Positions 52,101 to 64,000 of a stretch of 64,000 bases of DNA are shown here, piece after piece. The stretch's first letter is position 1, and the number at the start of each line of letters is the position of its first letter. Both the position numbers and the translations under genes were made by a program. The notes below the pieces were generated by a model, which was given only the letters and a program-made list of their open reading frames with translations, searched no databases and had not been told where the DNA came from. The stretch is taken from the NCBI GenBank assembly GCA_951406725.2, contig OX597824.1, positions 79,298,001-79,362,000 of the forward strand, written 5' to 3'. This DNA comes from Octopus vulgaris. Its lineage: Eukaryota.

Positions 52101-54762
52101 TATTGTAATGAATTGAAAAGTTTACTCCTTCAAAAATTATTAAAGAAACTAATTATATGGAAAAGGGGTGAAGTCATTACCCAAATTTATTAACAATTTG
52201 TTCTATCAGATATTCTTTCATAGAAAGCTCTTAAATCTGATGTTATTATTTTTAAAGTTGTATTTGTGAAATTAGCTAAATTAGTTTTTGTGAAATTGGA
52301 AATTTTAACACATATTGCATTTTACATTTAATTGGAGTCAGTAAATTTTTGTTGATTCCAACTCCAATAACACAATTATTGTTTCCAAATCTCACTTTAC
52401 AACTCGGAGGTCTGCTGGCATAGCTGTCTTTTTGTATATGCGGGACTACACCCCAGATGAGTCCTCTCCTCTTGAAAATGTCTCAGTATGTGAATGCATG
52501 TGCGCACACACGCATACATACAAAGGACTTCATCAGTCAGAGCTGACAATATTCTGCACTTTGTAAGTTGCTCTCCTGGGCACGTGCCTAGGCAATGTTT
52601 ATGTGAGACCAACAGCTGTCCACACATTATATCAACACCACTAAAGTTGCCCAAGATAAGAGCAGGGCTGAACTACTGTAAAAAGTAGTAGAGAACACTC
52701 ATAATGGATACAACATATACAAGAGTGAGACCTAAGAAGATGGATCTCAGAATAATCAACCTAATGAAGAAGTTGACAAAGGATTGCAACAACTAATGAC
52801 ATGCAGTACTGAAAAACACTTGCCTGTCTGTACAGGTGTAGCCAATTGAACATTAAAATGGGAATGAGGCTGTAAAGGAGAATGCACCACCTATTCTGTG
52901 GGCCTCCCTTAAGTCTTCACCGGCTACTCCCCCATCCTTTGATACCCTCACATTTCTCTACCACCCGTCAACCTCTCGCCTGTTACTCCATAACTAGAAA
53001 TGGCAATGGATCTGTTCAAACTTCTCGTCTCTCTCTCTGATAGTGGCTCGCCTATTCGTAGTATCATCCTGTAAAGAGGGATCACACTAAATTTGTCTAT
53101 ATTCAATATCCCTGTTACCATTCTTGTTACTACCTTTCTTTTACACCAAGATGCCCATGTCTGAAGGATTGTATTGGATCTCTAGATAACCAGTATGTCC
53201 TACCATTACCCTTTCTGCACTGCCAGTCACCTATCACTATTACTTGTCAACACACTTGTTATTATCTATCACTTATTCTCTTTCTCATATCAACAAACAA
53301 GTAGTTACCATCAATGTCTCTCATCTATTACCCCCTCACTTACTCTGTTTCTTCCTTCACACTCCTGAAATATGTAAAAGAGAGCATCCAACTGCAGAAA
53401 TTATGCCAAATTTAGAATGTACAAGCAGTAAGTGGTCCTCCGACTTGTCTACAGGGCATTAACCCCAAACAAATAAAAATGGATTTAAAATGTGACAACT
53501 CATCCATTCCAAGCCAGCAGGAAAAAGTGGGCTTATATATAAAATCAAAAGTAACCGTTTTGGGGAAGCCAGTTTTAATACTGAAATTTTAGATGCACAG
53601 TCACTATTGATATGATTCCTCAAATAGCATCTGAATCCTCAATTCAGTGCATGCTAAGTGTATCAATTACCCAAGTAATTGCATTAAAGAAATGTGTGTG
53701 CACATGTGTGCTTGACTGTGTAAGTGCTATCAGCATAATGTTGGTTTAAATAAGACACTAGTTATCATAAACCAAGCCTTCAAGGATAAAACTGGTAAAT
53801 ATTACTTATAAAATAATATAATTTCAAAAAACTTTTGTTGAATGTATTTTGCAAAAAAATTTATTTAAGACCTACTTAACATTTAATTATAACTGAAAAA
53901 ATAAAATGATTTAGTTCAAATTTTGAGTTACACATTTGCAATATACATACATAATGTAAACCATATTCACATTTTAAAATATGAATGTGTAAACACACAC
54001 ACACACACACAAGAGCAAACATACATATGTAGTCATATATATATATTTTATATCATGAAAAAGACAAAATGTTCACTTTTTCAGAATGGAGATTATACTG
54101 ACGAACAAGGAACAAAAAAGATGATGATGGGTTTTCATATGGGAGGGAGAGAGAGAAAAAAGAAGGTCTACAGAACTTTGTTGATAATGACCCTAATCAT
54201 AAAAATAGCATGAAAATTACAAGATTGGGGTTCCTACTGTGCTGCACAAAGATGGTGCATTGTAAACGTTAAACAACTTTTGATAAGCGCTTCACCCATG
54301 CAGCAGACGCTGCTACTGATGATCTGTATAGCAGCAGATAGTACCCCACTTCCTCGCAGTAACTCTTATCGCAACACCGCCTATCACATAGCAGTCAACA
54401 TCATTTGTGGTATGCGCCACACTATATGGTATTACCATAGACTTATTTGGACCCTAATACATTTCACTTCAAACATTTTTATATATACATACAGTGCATG
54501 GTTAAACATTAATACTTTCATACAAGTATTCCTTTTATTTTTTTATTATTATTTTATTTTTTTTTATATTTGGAATGCATCTCAAATTTACAATATGGAA
54601 ACCAATGGGAAAAGCATTACAGAATTCTTAGGTTAAGGTGAATTATTCAAAACAGGGCATGTCTACATATGTATGATGGCTGTTTACTTGCGCTCAAGAA
54701 AGACTATCAATAACTTTTAAAAGAATGTTTCCAATAATAACTCGTGCGCGCGCGCACGCACG

Positions 54763-54803
<41 letters not shown>

Positions 54804-55818
54804 TCACATACATCTATATGTATATGCAAATATATACATATATTTCTGCTCGTACACACACTTTCATATACATGGTTATGTAGTTAATATTTCACTTCCC
54901 AATCACTAAGTTTCCGGTTCAATCACACTGTACATTGAAGTGTCTTGAACAATAGCCCTCTCATGAGTGGATTTAGTAGACAAAAATTGAAAAAAGAACT
55001 GTGTATGTCTGTTACATATACACACACGTGTGTGTGTGTGTGTGTGTGTGTGGAAGTATGCATATGTCCGTTTGTTTACATCTGCAATTGCTTGCATAAA
55101 AGTGCAGTTGTCAGTGTTGTCAATTACCCCTACCAATTAACCCTTTTGTTACCATATTTCTGCTGAGATGCTCTGTGTTTCTTCCAATTAATTTTATCAT
55201 AACAAAGAATTTAGTAAAATAACTTCGTCATCATTAAGCTAGGAACATAAATCGTGACTAATGTTTGGTGGAAGATATTAATTCAGAACTTTTGAAATCT
55301 ACAGAGCCAGAGGTGGTTTCAGCCAGGTTAGTATCAAAAGGGTTAATCATCCAGGCACTTTGTATTCTCAAAGCTGTGTGGAATACGTGATCCTTTAATT
55401 AAAGAAGAAGGGTTAGTGTCAGGAAGGGCATCCTGCTGTAAGCATGGAAAAAGTGATGTGTGTGTGTGTGTATTATATGCATGGTGAAGAGTAATAATAA
55501 AAATGATGATTTGCATATTTATTCTCCAGACATGCCAGCAGATTCAAATGTAAATATGCTAATCACTGTTGTGTTTCATCAATGGAGAATAACTTCTCCT
55601 TTACACAAATGAATCAAGTGTGTTATGAACACACATTCGTCATAAAGGAGAAGTTGTTCTCTTGTGACGAAAAACAACAGCAATTAACATATTCACGCTT
55701 GAATCTGCCAGAGCGTATCAAAAATAAATATGCAAGTCAACAATGAAGGCATGTGAGATATGGAAGGTCAACTGGGAAAGAAATGCTTGTCGTTGCTACC
55801 AATAGAGCAGATGATTAA

Positions 55819-56037
55819 CCCTTTAGTGTTCAGATTACTCTGTTAAATGTAATATTTTTTTACTCAAATTGTTTTTAATTAATCCTGCATTATCTTATAG
55901 CTTTTGAGGTTTCAATGAGGTGATTGTTTATTTTTAGACTGTCAATGTAGGTTAGGTGTGAGAGGCCAGATATCAACAATTTGAATATAAAACATAGAAT
56001 ATTTGGGCCGGATATGGCCGGTTTAAACACTAAAGGG
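55819..56037. mobile_element. piggyBac-type MITE, subfamily 1 (others ~21263-21473, 36240-36463, 49337-49560, 50704-51120, 58617-59047)
   Basis: TTAA on both sides and perfect 12-bp TIR ccctttagtgtt/aacactaaaggg; 219 bp. Confidence 0.8.
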
Positions 56038-56548
56038 TTAAAGGAAAGATCGGGAATTTTTGAAGCAACATGCATTTGGCAAGCTGTATTTAGAGCAAGC
56101 TGCTCAAAAATGCACTGCCAGTGTAGTGAATTGGGGAAGTTTTATCAACAGTATCTGCAGATATGTATATCAATCAAGAGCTGGACTCATTAGTCCCTAG
56201 TGGAGCTGCAAGGCGCAAAGTATAATTTTGTCTGAGTACAGTTTTCCTAGTGGCTAGTGATGGTCTTCATCAAATACAAGTGGACAGCCATCACACACAC
56301 ATTATTTATATATATATATATATAGAGAGAGAGAGACTTTCTCACTTCCCAAGCGTTATACTAATACATCTGTTTGTTGTCTACACCACCGGTCTTCGTC
56401 TTTTGTTTTTTTTGTGAATTCTTCCCCTATATATATATATATATATATAATGTGTAACAAGAGAAATATAGTGATAAAATTTAAACATTGGAAATTCTTT
56501 CAATTCTATGTTTTGTAAGCAATGATGATATGTGTGTGTATGTATGTG

Positions 56549-56595
<47 letters not shown>

Positions 56596-56596
56596 T

Positions 56597-57010
56597 ATTT
56601 ACTCTTTTACTTGTTTCAGTCATTTGACTGCGGCCATGCTGGAGCACCGCCTTTAGTCGAGCAAATCGACCCCGGGACTTATTCTTTGTAAGCCCAGTAC
56701 TTATTCTATCGGTCTCTTTTGCCGAACCGCTAAGTGACGGGGACGTAAACACACCAGCATCGGTTGTCAAGCAATGCTAGGGGGACAAACACAGACACAC
56801 AAACATATACACACATACTTATATATATATATATATATACATATATACGACAGGCTTCTTTCAGTTTCCGTCTACCAAATCCACTCACAAGGCATTGGTC
56901 AGCCCGGGGCTATAGCAGAAGACACTTGCCCAAGATGCTACGCAGTGGGACTGAACCCGGAACCATGTGGTTGGTTAGCAAGCTACTTACCACACAGCCA
57001 CTCCTGCGCC
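56597..57010 (-). mobile_element. SINE family A, full length
   Basis: Reverse-complement consensus match next to (TA)n. Confidence 0.9.
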
Positions 57011-60000
57011 TATATAATTAATAATTTAAAATTTTTAACTTTAAATTTAAATAATTTAAATTTTGAATTTTATATTTAATATATTTTGTATATTATATTA
57101 ATTAATTTTATTTCTATGTTTTGGTTTATGTTTTTCACTGTTTGATTTGCCTAATAGTGGTTTTATTTCTAATTTAATTTTTTTATATATATATATATAT
57201 ATAACATGATTTCACAGAACCTCATGTAATTTTATTGTGTTCTATTATGGTTTTATCCAAGATGGAGACGAACGCCAACATCCAAAAGTACCGACTTGAA
57301 TAATTGTGTTGGGAAATATCACCCCCCAACATGAAATCAATGGTAGTCCGGTTACCCCACAAATAAAGCATATTTATCTACAAACGGGGTGTTGAGCGCT
57401 CTATTGTTTAACATTAATATTTCCATGCTAGCATAGCTGGGAAAGGAATTGATTTTTAAGGTAATATTTTATGACCTTCACATTGCCAACTTTCACTAGA
57501 AATCTTTAAATTCCATAGGTCTTCAGAAGTGCAGAGAGACCAGTCATTGTGTCAATATAGAATTTAGATATTACCACTCAAATGGTAACAAGCAAAATAT
57601 TCAAATTCAAGCACACTCCTATACACATACATGTAACAAGCTCTAAAAGGAGTTGGTCAGTGCAGACACTTTTTCTAAGACGCCATGTTATTATAAGACT
57701 GAACTTGAAGCTACACACACACAGGAACATATATATGATGTGGACAATGGAAAGAGGAGAGACTGAAGTTAATATTATTTTTTAAAGGAACATAAATTGT
57801 TGCGTTATGTCATTGAGTATGTAACTCGACCTTCAGTCAACTATATTCTCTAAGATACCTTATTGAATGATGGCAGCTAATTGCAAAAATTCTAGCATTT
57901 GGCATTCTAACCATGACAATCCTCCCTTTATTGTGGGCATTATATCTAAAGTATCCAGACACAAACATGTGATATATAAACTTCAAAGACTGGTATGGAG
58001 CCTGTTAGTAGAGATTTGGTTAGTTGGTGCATCAGCAGGTCAAACCTCTCTCATTGGTTCACAGTGATTCTCCGACTGAGTGTGAAATTTAGAGAAGGCA
58101 TGATATATCCGGGTAGCAATTATAGACAGCCTTTAGATAAGTACATACATAGTGAGTAACATGAGGCTGAGATGGTGCCAGAAAAAGAGGAAATTCATAG
58201 CATGAAATATTAATACTTATTACAGTCTAATTGAACATTCTAAAAACTATCAAAATGACTACATCATACAACAGGTATAAAGCAAAAGTGTGTATATGTG
58301 TGTACATGTGCATGTGCACATACCTACATGCTGCACACTTTTTTTCTCCCTCTCTCAAAATAAATTAACTCCTCAATCCATGACTCCACCCCTCTCCCAG
58401 CACCAAATAGAAAATCTAAATGTACTTCATTGCCTTCTCTGTTTTATATCTAGATTCCTACTTAGATATAAAAGAGAACCATCCCACTTATGTGTCTGAT
58501 GCAGAGAACAATAACACTTGATAGATATTAGAAGGCAAACGGTTACATTTTAAATTCTTTTGTAACCATATTTTGAATGCAATACACAACTTAAGTAAGT
58601 CAATTTATTTTCAATATAACCCTTTGGTATTCAAATTATTCTGTGAATAACATAATGCTTATATATTCAAATTGGCTTGAATTAATTAGGCACTATCTCG
58701 CTGCCTCTAGATTTCAATGATTTGATAGTGTAATTTTAGAATGGCATTGTGTGGTAGGTGCAAGAGGCCAAATTTGGTCAGTCTGAACATAAAATATATA
58801 AATTTTTTGGGCCTCATATGAACGTTTAACCTTTAGTATTCAGATTTCTGTCAAATATATTCTTATTTATTTACACTGTTTAGAATTAATCATGTGTTAT
58901 CTTGTAGCTCCAAGATTTTAATTATTTGTTTGTATATTTTTAGAATGACATTGAGGAGTAGGTGTGAGATATTGGATCTGGTCAGTTTTAACAAAAAACA
59001 GGTAGAATATTTTGACAGAATATGGCTGGATTAAATGCTAAAGGTATAACGAAGAAATCAAAAGGATTAACAAAATAACTTTTTCACTAGTAAGCAGGTG
59101 TTTGAAGTAACTCAATACAGAGGTTCTTACAACATGAGCCCTCAAAACTAGTTGTTTTTTAATCACCTTGTCTGAGACTGAGCAGAGTCTCAGATAAGGT
59201 GGTATCAAATAGGGTTAATTTAAACCTTCGACAATTTTTATTTACTTATCAAGTACTAAAGTGTTACAATCAGGACTAGTAGCACAAAATGTTAGGGCAC
59301 TAGTTTTGAATCCGCACACAATATAAATAACTACACCTGAGTAATGCAAAGGGGCCTTAAGGATTAATGATGCTGTTTATTTTATTTCTTTATTGCCCAC
59401 AAGGGGCTAAACATAGAGGGGACAAACAAAAGGATTAAGTCGATTACATCGACCCCAGTGCCTAACTGGTACTTCATTTATCAACCCTGAAAGGATGAAA
59501 GGCAAAGTCGACCTCGGTGGAATTTGAACTCAGAATGTAACAACAGGTGAAATACCACTAAGCATTTCGCCAGTGTGCTAACGTTTCTGCCAGCTCGCAG
59601 CATTAATGATGCTGTCAGGCCCATATCAACCCTGATCAAATAGATCTATGAGTAAAATCATTTTGCTTTGTAGGAGTATGTACGACTTCATTACTTAATG
59701 TATTTTTGTCTACATTTAAGATGGCAGGATGTGATTCAAGAAAGATTTAGCTGCCACATTTAGTAGGGTAAACAACTGAATAGCATCTTCTGCATCATGT
59801 GAACACAAAATAAACCACCTCTACTTTGGATATGACTGAGGACAACTGCAAGCAGCATTTTGAGATGCTTTGAAACCTAATCTTAGATAAAATTAGACAA
59901 TATAGGATGATATTTCGTTTTTGGATTTGGTTTGCAAGATTCTTTATGAGTTCGTGTGTTGAAGCATATTCTGTTGTGTCTAGGGAGAGTCACTTTCTTC

Positions 60001-60711
60001 TTATGCCTTATAATTTAACACACTCACCGGTAAAGACTATTGAAAAGGTTGCAAAACGCAACGGAAATTTTAGGAAAATAAAAATAAGAAATAAGTGGAA
60101 ATTTTACAGTGAGTGTGTTAAATCATAAGGCACAAAAAGAAAATGACTTTCCCAAGATTCAACAGAATATAGGATGATGTTTTTGATCCAAAAACAAAAA
60201 CAAAAAAAAAACCAACTCCAGCATCACATTTGAACTCAAGACTTAATATCTGGCAGGTCAACACCATTCAACAATTTCAGTTGTAATAGGAATCAAATTT
60301 GGGAAGAGAGAGATTAGGCAGAGCACTGAATAAATTGTCTTGAGATACTTGGTTATATCTCTTTCAAATCTGCTATTGTCACTTTTGACTTTCATCCTTT
60401 GATGAAATATATGAAAGGCAAAGTTTCATCTATTGATGTAAAAATTACCAGTTGAATACTGGAATCAATATAAACCTTTGTACTCTTACACACACACATA
60501 TTTGTGACTGAACAAGAAGCCAGGAAACTTTGAAAAAGATAGTAGAGGGATTTTTATTTTTTATTTTTAATGGGGGTAAATCAATCAGCAGGGATTGTAC
60601 TCATAATCTTTGCAGACATTGCAATTCATGAACAAAAGGTTTCTAACGAGTTGATCATTTGCCCATTGCATTTCTGACACTGAGAATGACAAGGACATGT
60701 CTAACACTATT

Positions 60712-61030
60712 TTTTTTATTTATCACTCTTTTCAAGCCTAGCCAGGCTCATGGGCCCAGTTTCCCAGTTTCTGTGGCGTATGTGTCCCCCCCCCCCCCAG
60801 CTGGACGGGATACCAGTCCATCACAGCATTACTCAGGAAACATGAAGAGAGAGTGAGAGAAGGTTGGGGCGAAAGAGTACAACTGGGGTTGCCACCACCC
60901 CCTGCCAGAGCTTCGTGGAGCTTTAGGTGTTTTCGCTCAATAAACACACAGAACGCCCAGTCTGGGAATCGAAACCACGATCCTCTGACCGCGAGTCCGC
61001 TTCCCTAACCACTGGGCCATTGTGCCTCCA
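60712..61030 (-). mobile_element. tRNA-derived SINE sharing head/body with family F but with a different 3' part
   Basis: Minus strand tggcccagtggttaggg...ggtttcgattcccagactgggcgt...gtgtttattgagcgaaaacacctaaagc. Confidence 0.75.
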
Positions 61031-61105
61031 TGGTCTAACACTATGAAAGAAATATCTAAAGGGATTTCATTTCTAAAACACTGGTTTTGCAATTTATTTT
61101 ACTGA

Positions 61106-61159
<54 letters not shown>

Positions 61160-61862
61160 ATCGTCGGCGTCATCATCATCATCATCAAACCAAATTCAAC
61201 TAACAAGGTCAATTCAAAGCAATGAAAGAAGATGCTTGCTCCTAGTGATATGAAATAGTTTCAAGCTAAAACCATGATTACAAAATAAAGTTCTTAACCA
61301 TACAGCTATACCAGTACCAAATACTTGATAGTCTTTCTTATTAAAAAAGAAAAAAAAAAACAAGACAAAATAGCATTACACAACAGTAATGAAATGAAAT
61401 ACAATCTTGTGATATTCATGTCTTTCTCAGCTTTCTCAGTGACTAAAGTAAATGGTTTTAGTCAAAAATAGAAAATTGTTTTACAGGAATTGGTTTTTGT
61501 TTGGTACTGCTTAATATTCAGTTATATAATTTTCTTTCTTCCGCATAAGGAGGTAAAAGATAAATGGTTAAATAATCTTTAGTCCATTCTAAGAATTTTT
61601 GTGAAATTAAATTTCTAAGTGAAAAAAAAAAGAAAAATTAAATGTCAACCCTTTTGATATCATATTTCTGCTTTTGTTTCAATTAATTCTGAAGACAAGG
61701 AAGAATTTGGGAAAATAACTTAGTTTTTAAACTGGTGTTTGGAACATAAATTATAGCATTTTGAAGACAAGTTTTAATTTAGATTCTTGAACGGGTTAGT
61801 ATCAAAAGGGTTAATAGAGAATTTAAAATGTGCCATTTGGCATTTGTATAGAATCAATATTA

Positions 61863-62094
61863 AGGCGGCAAGCTGGCAGAATCAATTAGCACGTCGAGCG
61901 AAATGCGTAGCCGTATTTCGTCTGTCGTTACGTTCCGAGTTCAAATTCTGCTGAGGTCAACTTGGCCTTTCATCCTTTCGGGGTCGATAAATTAAGTACC
62001 AGTTACGCACCGGGGTCGATGTAATCGACTTAATCCGTTTGTCTGTCCTTATTTGTCCACTCTGTGTTTAGCCCCTTGTGGGTAGTAAAGAAAT
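61863..62094 (+). mobile_element. SINE family B, well-preserved copy (others at 6633-6810, 10583-10813, 28625-28833, 50714-50938, 51165-51375, 59385-59598)
   Basis: ggcggcaagctggcagaatc...gagttcaaattctg...ctttcatcctttcggggtcgataaattaagtaccag...gggtagtaaagaaat. Confidence 0.88.
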
Positions 62095-62825
62095 ATATAT
62101 GCAGAAAATATGTGATACTCCTGTAAAGATATTTTGGTATCTTTAAACTACATGACTATAAAGATGTATTACAATTTATTTAACTCTATTGATACTAACA
62201 CACCAAAAACTGCCTCTGGTTCTATGACACAAACTCACTGTTTTAAAGTGGTCTACATTAAAACTTTCCGTCAAAATGTCATATTAATTCATGCTCCAAA
62301 CACCTGCATAATAACAAAATTATTTTAATAAATTCTTCACATTGTATTTCAACAGAAATATAACAAAAAGATAACAGGAATGTCACTGCTCTATAAATAT
62401 ACCAGCACCAATTCAAACAAATATCTAACTGAATCAAATAGAGAAGCCTCTATATAGTCACTCAACTTGCTAGATGTAGCAGCAAAATCTCCAACAAATG
62501 ACAAGATATTGTTTTTAAAAATGAAGGGCACACTGGATAGCCTAGTTCGAGATACAAATATCTGAAAAAAGACAGGATGATCTTCGTTATAATGTCTAAT
62601 CATGTCTTGTTCAAGTGTTTTCATATAACAAAAGCTGCAGGTGAATTAGACTAAATGCACTACATATATATATATATAATTCAACATAAGTTATACTTGA
62701 AAGCATTACTTATTTAATATTAAAGATTTCATTAAAAACAAATATCAATGTATTTAAACCAATTTATGGGCACCAAAAATGTAATAGATCCAAATGTTGC
62801 AAACTTAATAAAGCTAACTCTATGC

Positions 62826-63197
62826 TGGCACAGTTGTGTTAGTTAAGAAGCTCGTTTTGCAACCAAATGGTTTCAGGTTCAGTCCCAGTGCATGGAACCA
62901 CGGGCAAATGTCTTCTGTTACAGCCCCAAGCCAATCAATACTTTGTGAGTGAATTGGGCAGATGGAAACTGAGTAGAAGCCTGTCATATATAAGTATGTG
63001 TGTTTGTGTTTGCCCCCACCCCATCACAACTTGACAACTGGTGCTGGTTTGTTTACGTCCTCATAGCTAATCTGTTTCGGCAAAAGAAATTGATAGATTA
63101 AGTATCAGACTCTAAAGAATAAAATATGTCTGACTAAAACCCCATCAAAGCAGTGCTTCAGAATGGCTGAAGTCCAATGACTGAAACAAGTAGAAGA
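62826..63197 (+). mobile_element. Diverged SINE family A copy (other old copies at ~8000-8360, 10370-10520, 16320-16480, 23070-23230, 37860-38020)
   Basis: Recognisable but mutated head, body and tail. Confidence 0.7.
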
Positions 63198-64000
63198 TAT
63201 ATGTTATCATGACAATCAGAAACATTGATTTAAATACAAAAGCATTAATTTTTTTTAAATACTGCTCATTATTTGTTTTGAATATCTATTTTCACTGTTA
63301 CTATGCGTTGTTGGACTAAATAACAATATGATTTTTATTTTGTGATTTGCTAATGTCTGATTTTCAAAAACAACATCCCTGAATATAGAAAATTAAAAGA
63401 CAAAAGTATTTCCCTCTCTCTCCCTCCCTCCCTCCCTCCTATGTTATTTTGCTTTAATAATGTATGAAGATAGAAAATATTCACAACATTGCTGTCAACC
63501 TGTCTAGGCCTGTCTTTTGGTTTTGATACAAAATTCAAGTTTCATGTTTAAATTAAAACCTTCCTCATAATTTAATAATAGACAGCAAAAATATTCCGAG
63601 TTACTTTCCTAAGACCAGTTTAATAAGAAAAAAAATTATTTTTACTAAATCCCTCTAAATTTTTATTTTTCAAAAAATTTAGCAGAAACATTTATAGGTC
63701 ATGTGTTTCATCAGAAAATTAAATTTTAAAATATTAAGTCAAATAGAATTAGTTAAAATAAACCAACAGCAAAAGAAATTTTAAGTAAATTTGCATTGTT
63801 TCTAATGTCTAGTTTCTGTGAGAAGAGGTCAAATATTGCAGTAGATGATATTATATAGAAACTGTCACATCAAAGAGCCAATAACCCAGAGATCTCATAT
63901 AGACAGCAATCACCAACGATTAAGCTGCCTGTGATTTTATAAATATATCTCACACACATACACACACACAAGTGTATATATGTAAGTGTATCATCATTTA

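Noticed and set aside
52396-52470. Candidate 75-nt exon RRGLIWGVVPHIQKDSYASRPPSCK
   Set aside because: Weak acceptor, and it lies among decayed repeat-like sequence.
54280-54636. 118-aa plus-strand ORF
   Set aside because: Non-ATG start, ends in AT-rich low complexity, no motifs or splice support.

Overview
AT-rich, repeat-saturated eukaryotic DNA. The SINE families, (TA)n/(AAT)n microsatellites and MITEs look like an octopus (coleoid cephalopod) genome; this is recognition, not a database result. Most ORF-track entries are SINE or microsatellite artefacts. The one well-supported gene is on the minus strand: five phase-compatible GT-AG exons (18009-18068, 11677-11857, 4097-4363, 2619-2723, 1054-1174) encode MPRPGRRR...KGSFLAVRNSEGTFYVCKAQQ...KLKPNPNIEVLEKEPFFET. 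It resembles the N-terminus of invertebrate tankyrase-like (PME-5-type) PARPs and probably continues left of the window. A possible terminal exon of an upstream gene lies at about 39.9 kb. Mobile DNA includes a decayed ~5.6 kb Penelope-like element with a duplicated end and hammerhead-ribozyme-like motifs, R4/Dong-like and RTE LINE fragments, non-autonomous Helitrons, TTAA-flanked piggyBac-type MITEs and several tRNA-derived SINE families, one forming head-to-tail arrays in (AAT)n tracts. Several long inverted repeats are present, one a perfect 71-bp hairpin, plus a cluster of local duplications at 43-46 kb. I found no demonstrably novel system; the best leads are given as findings.
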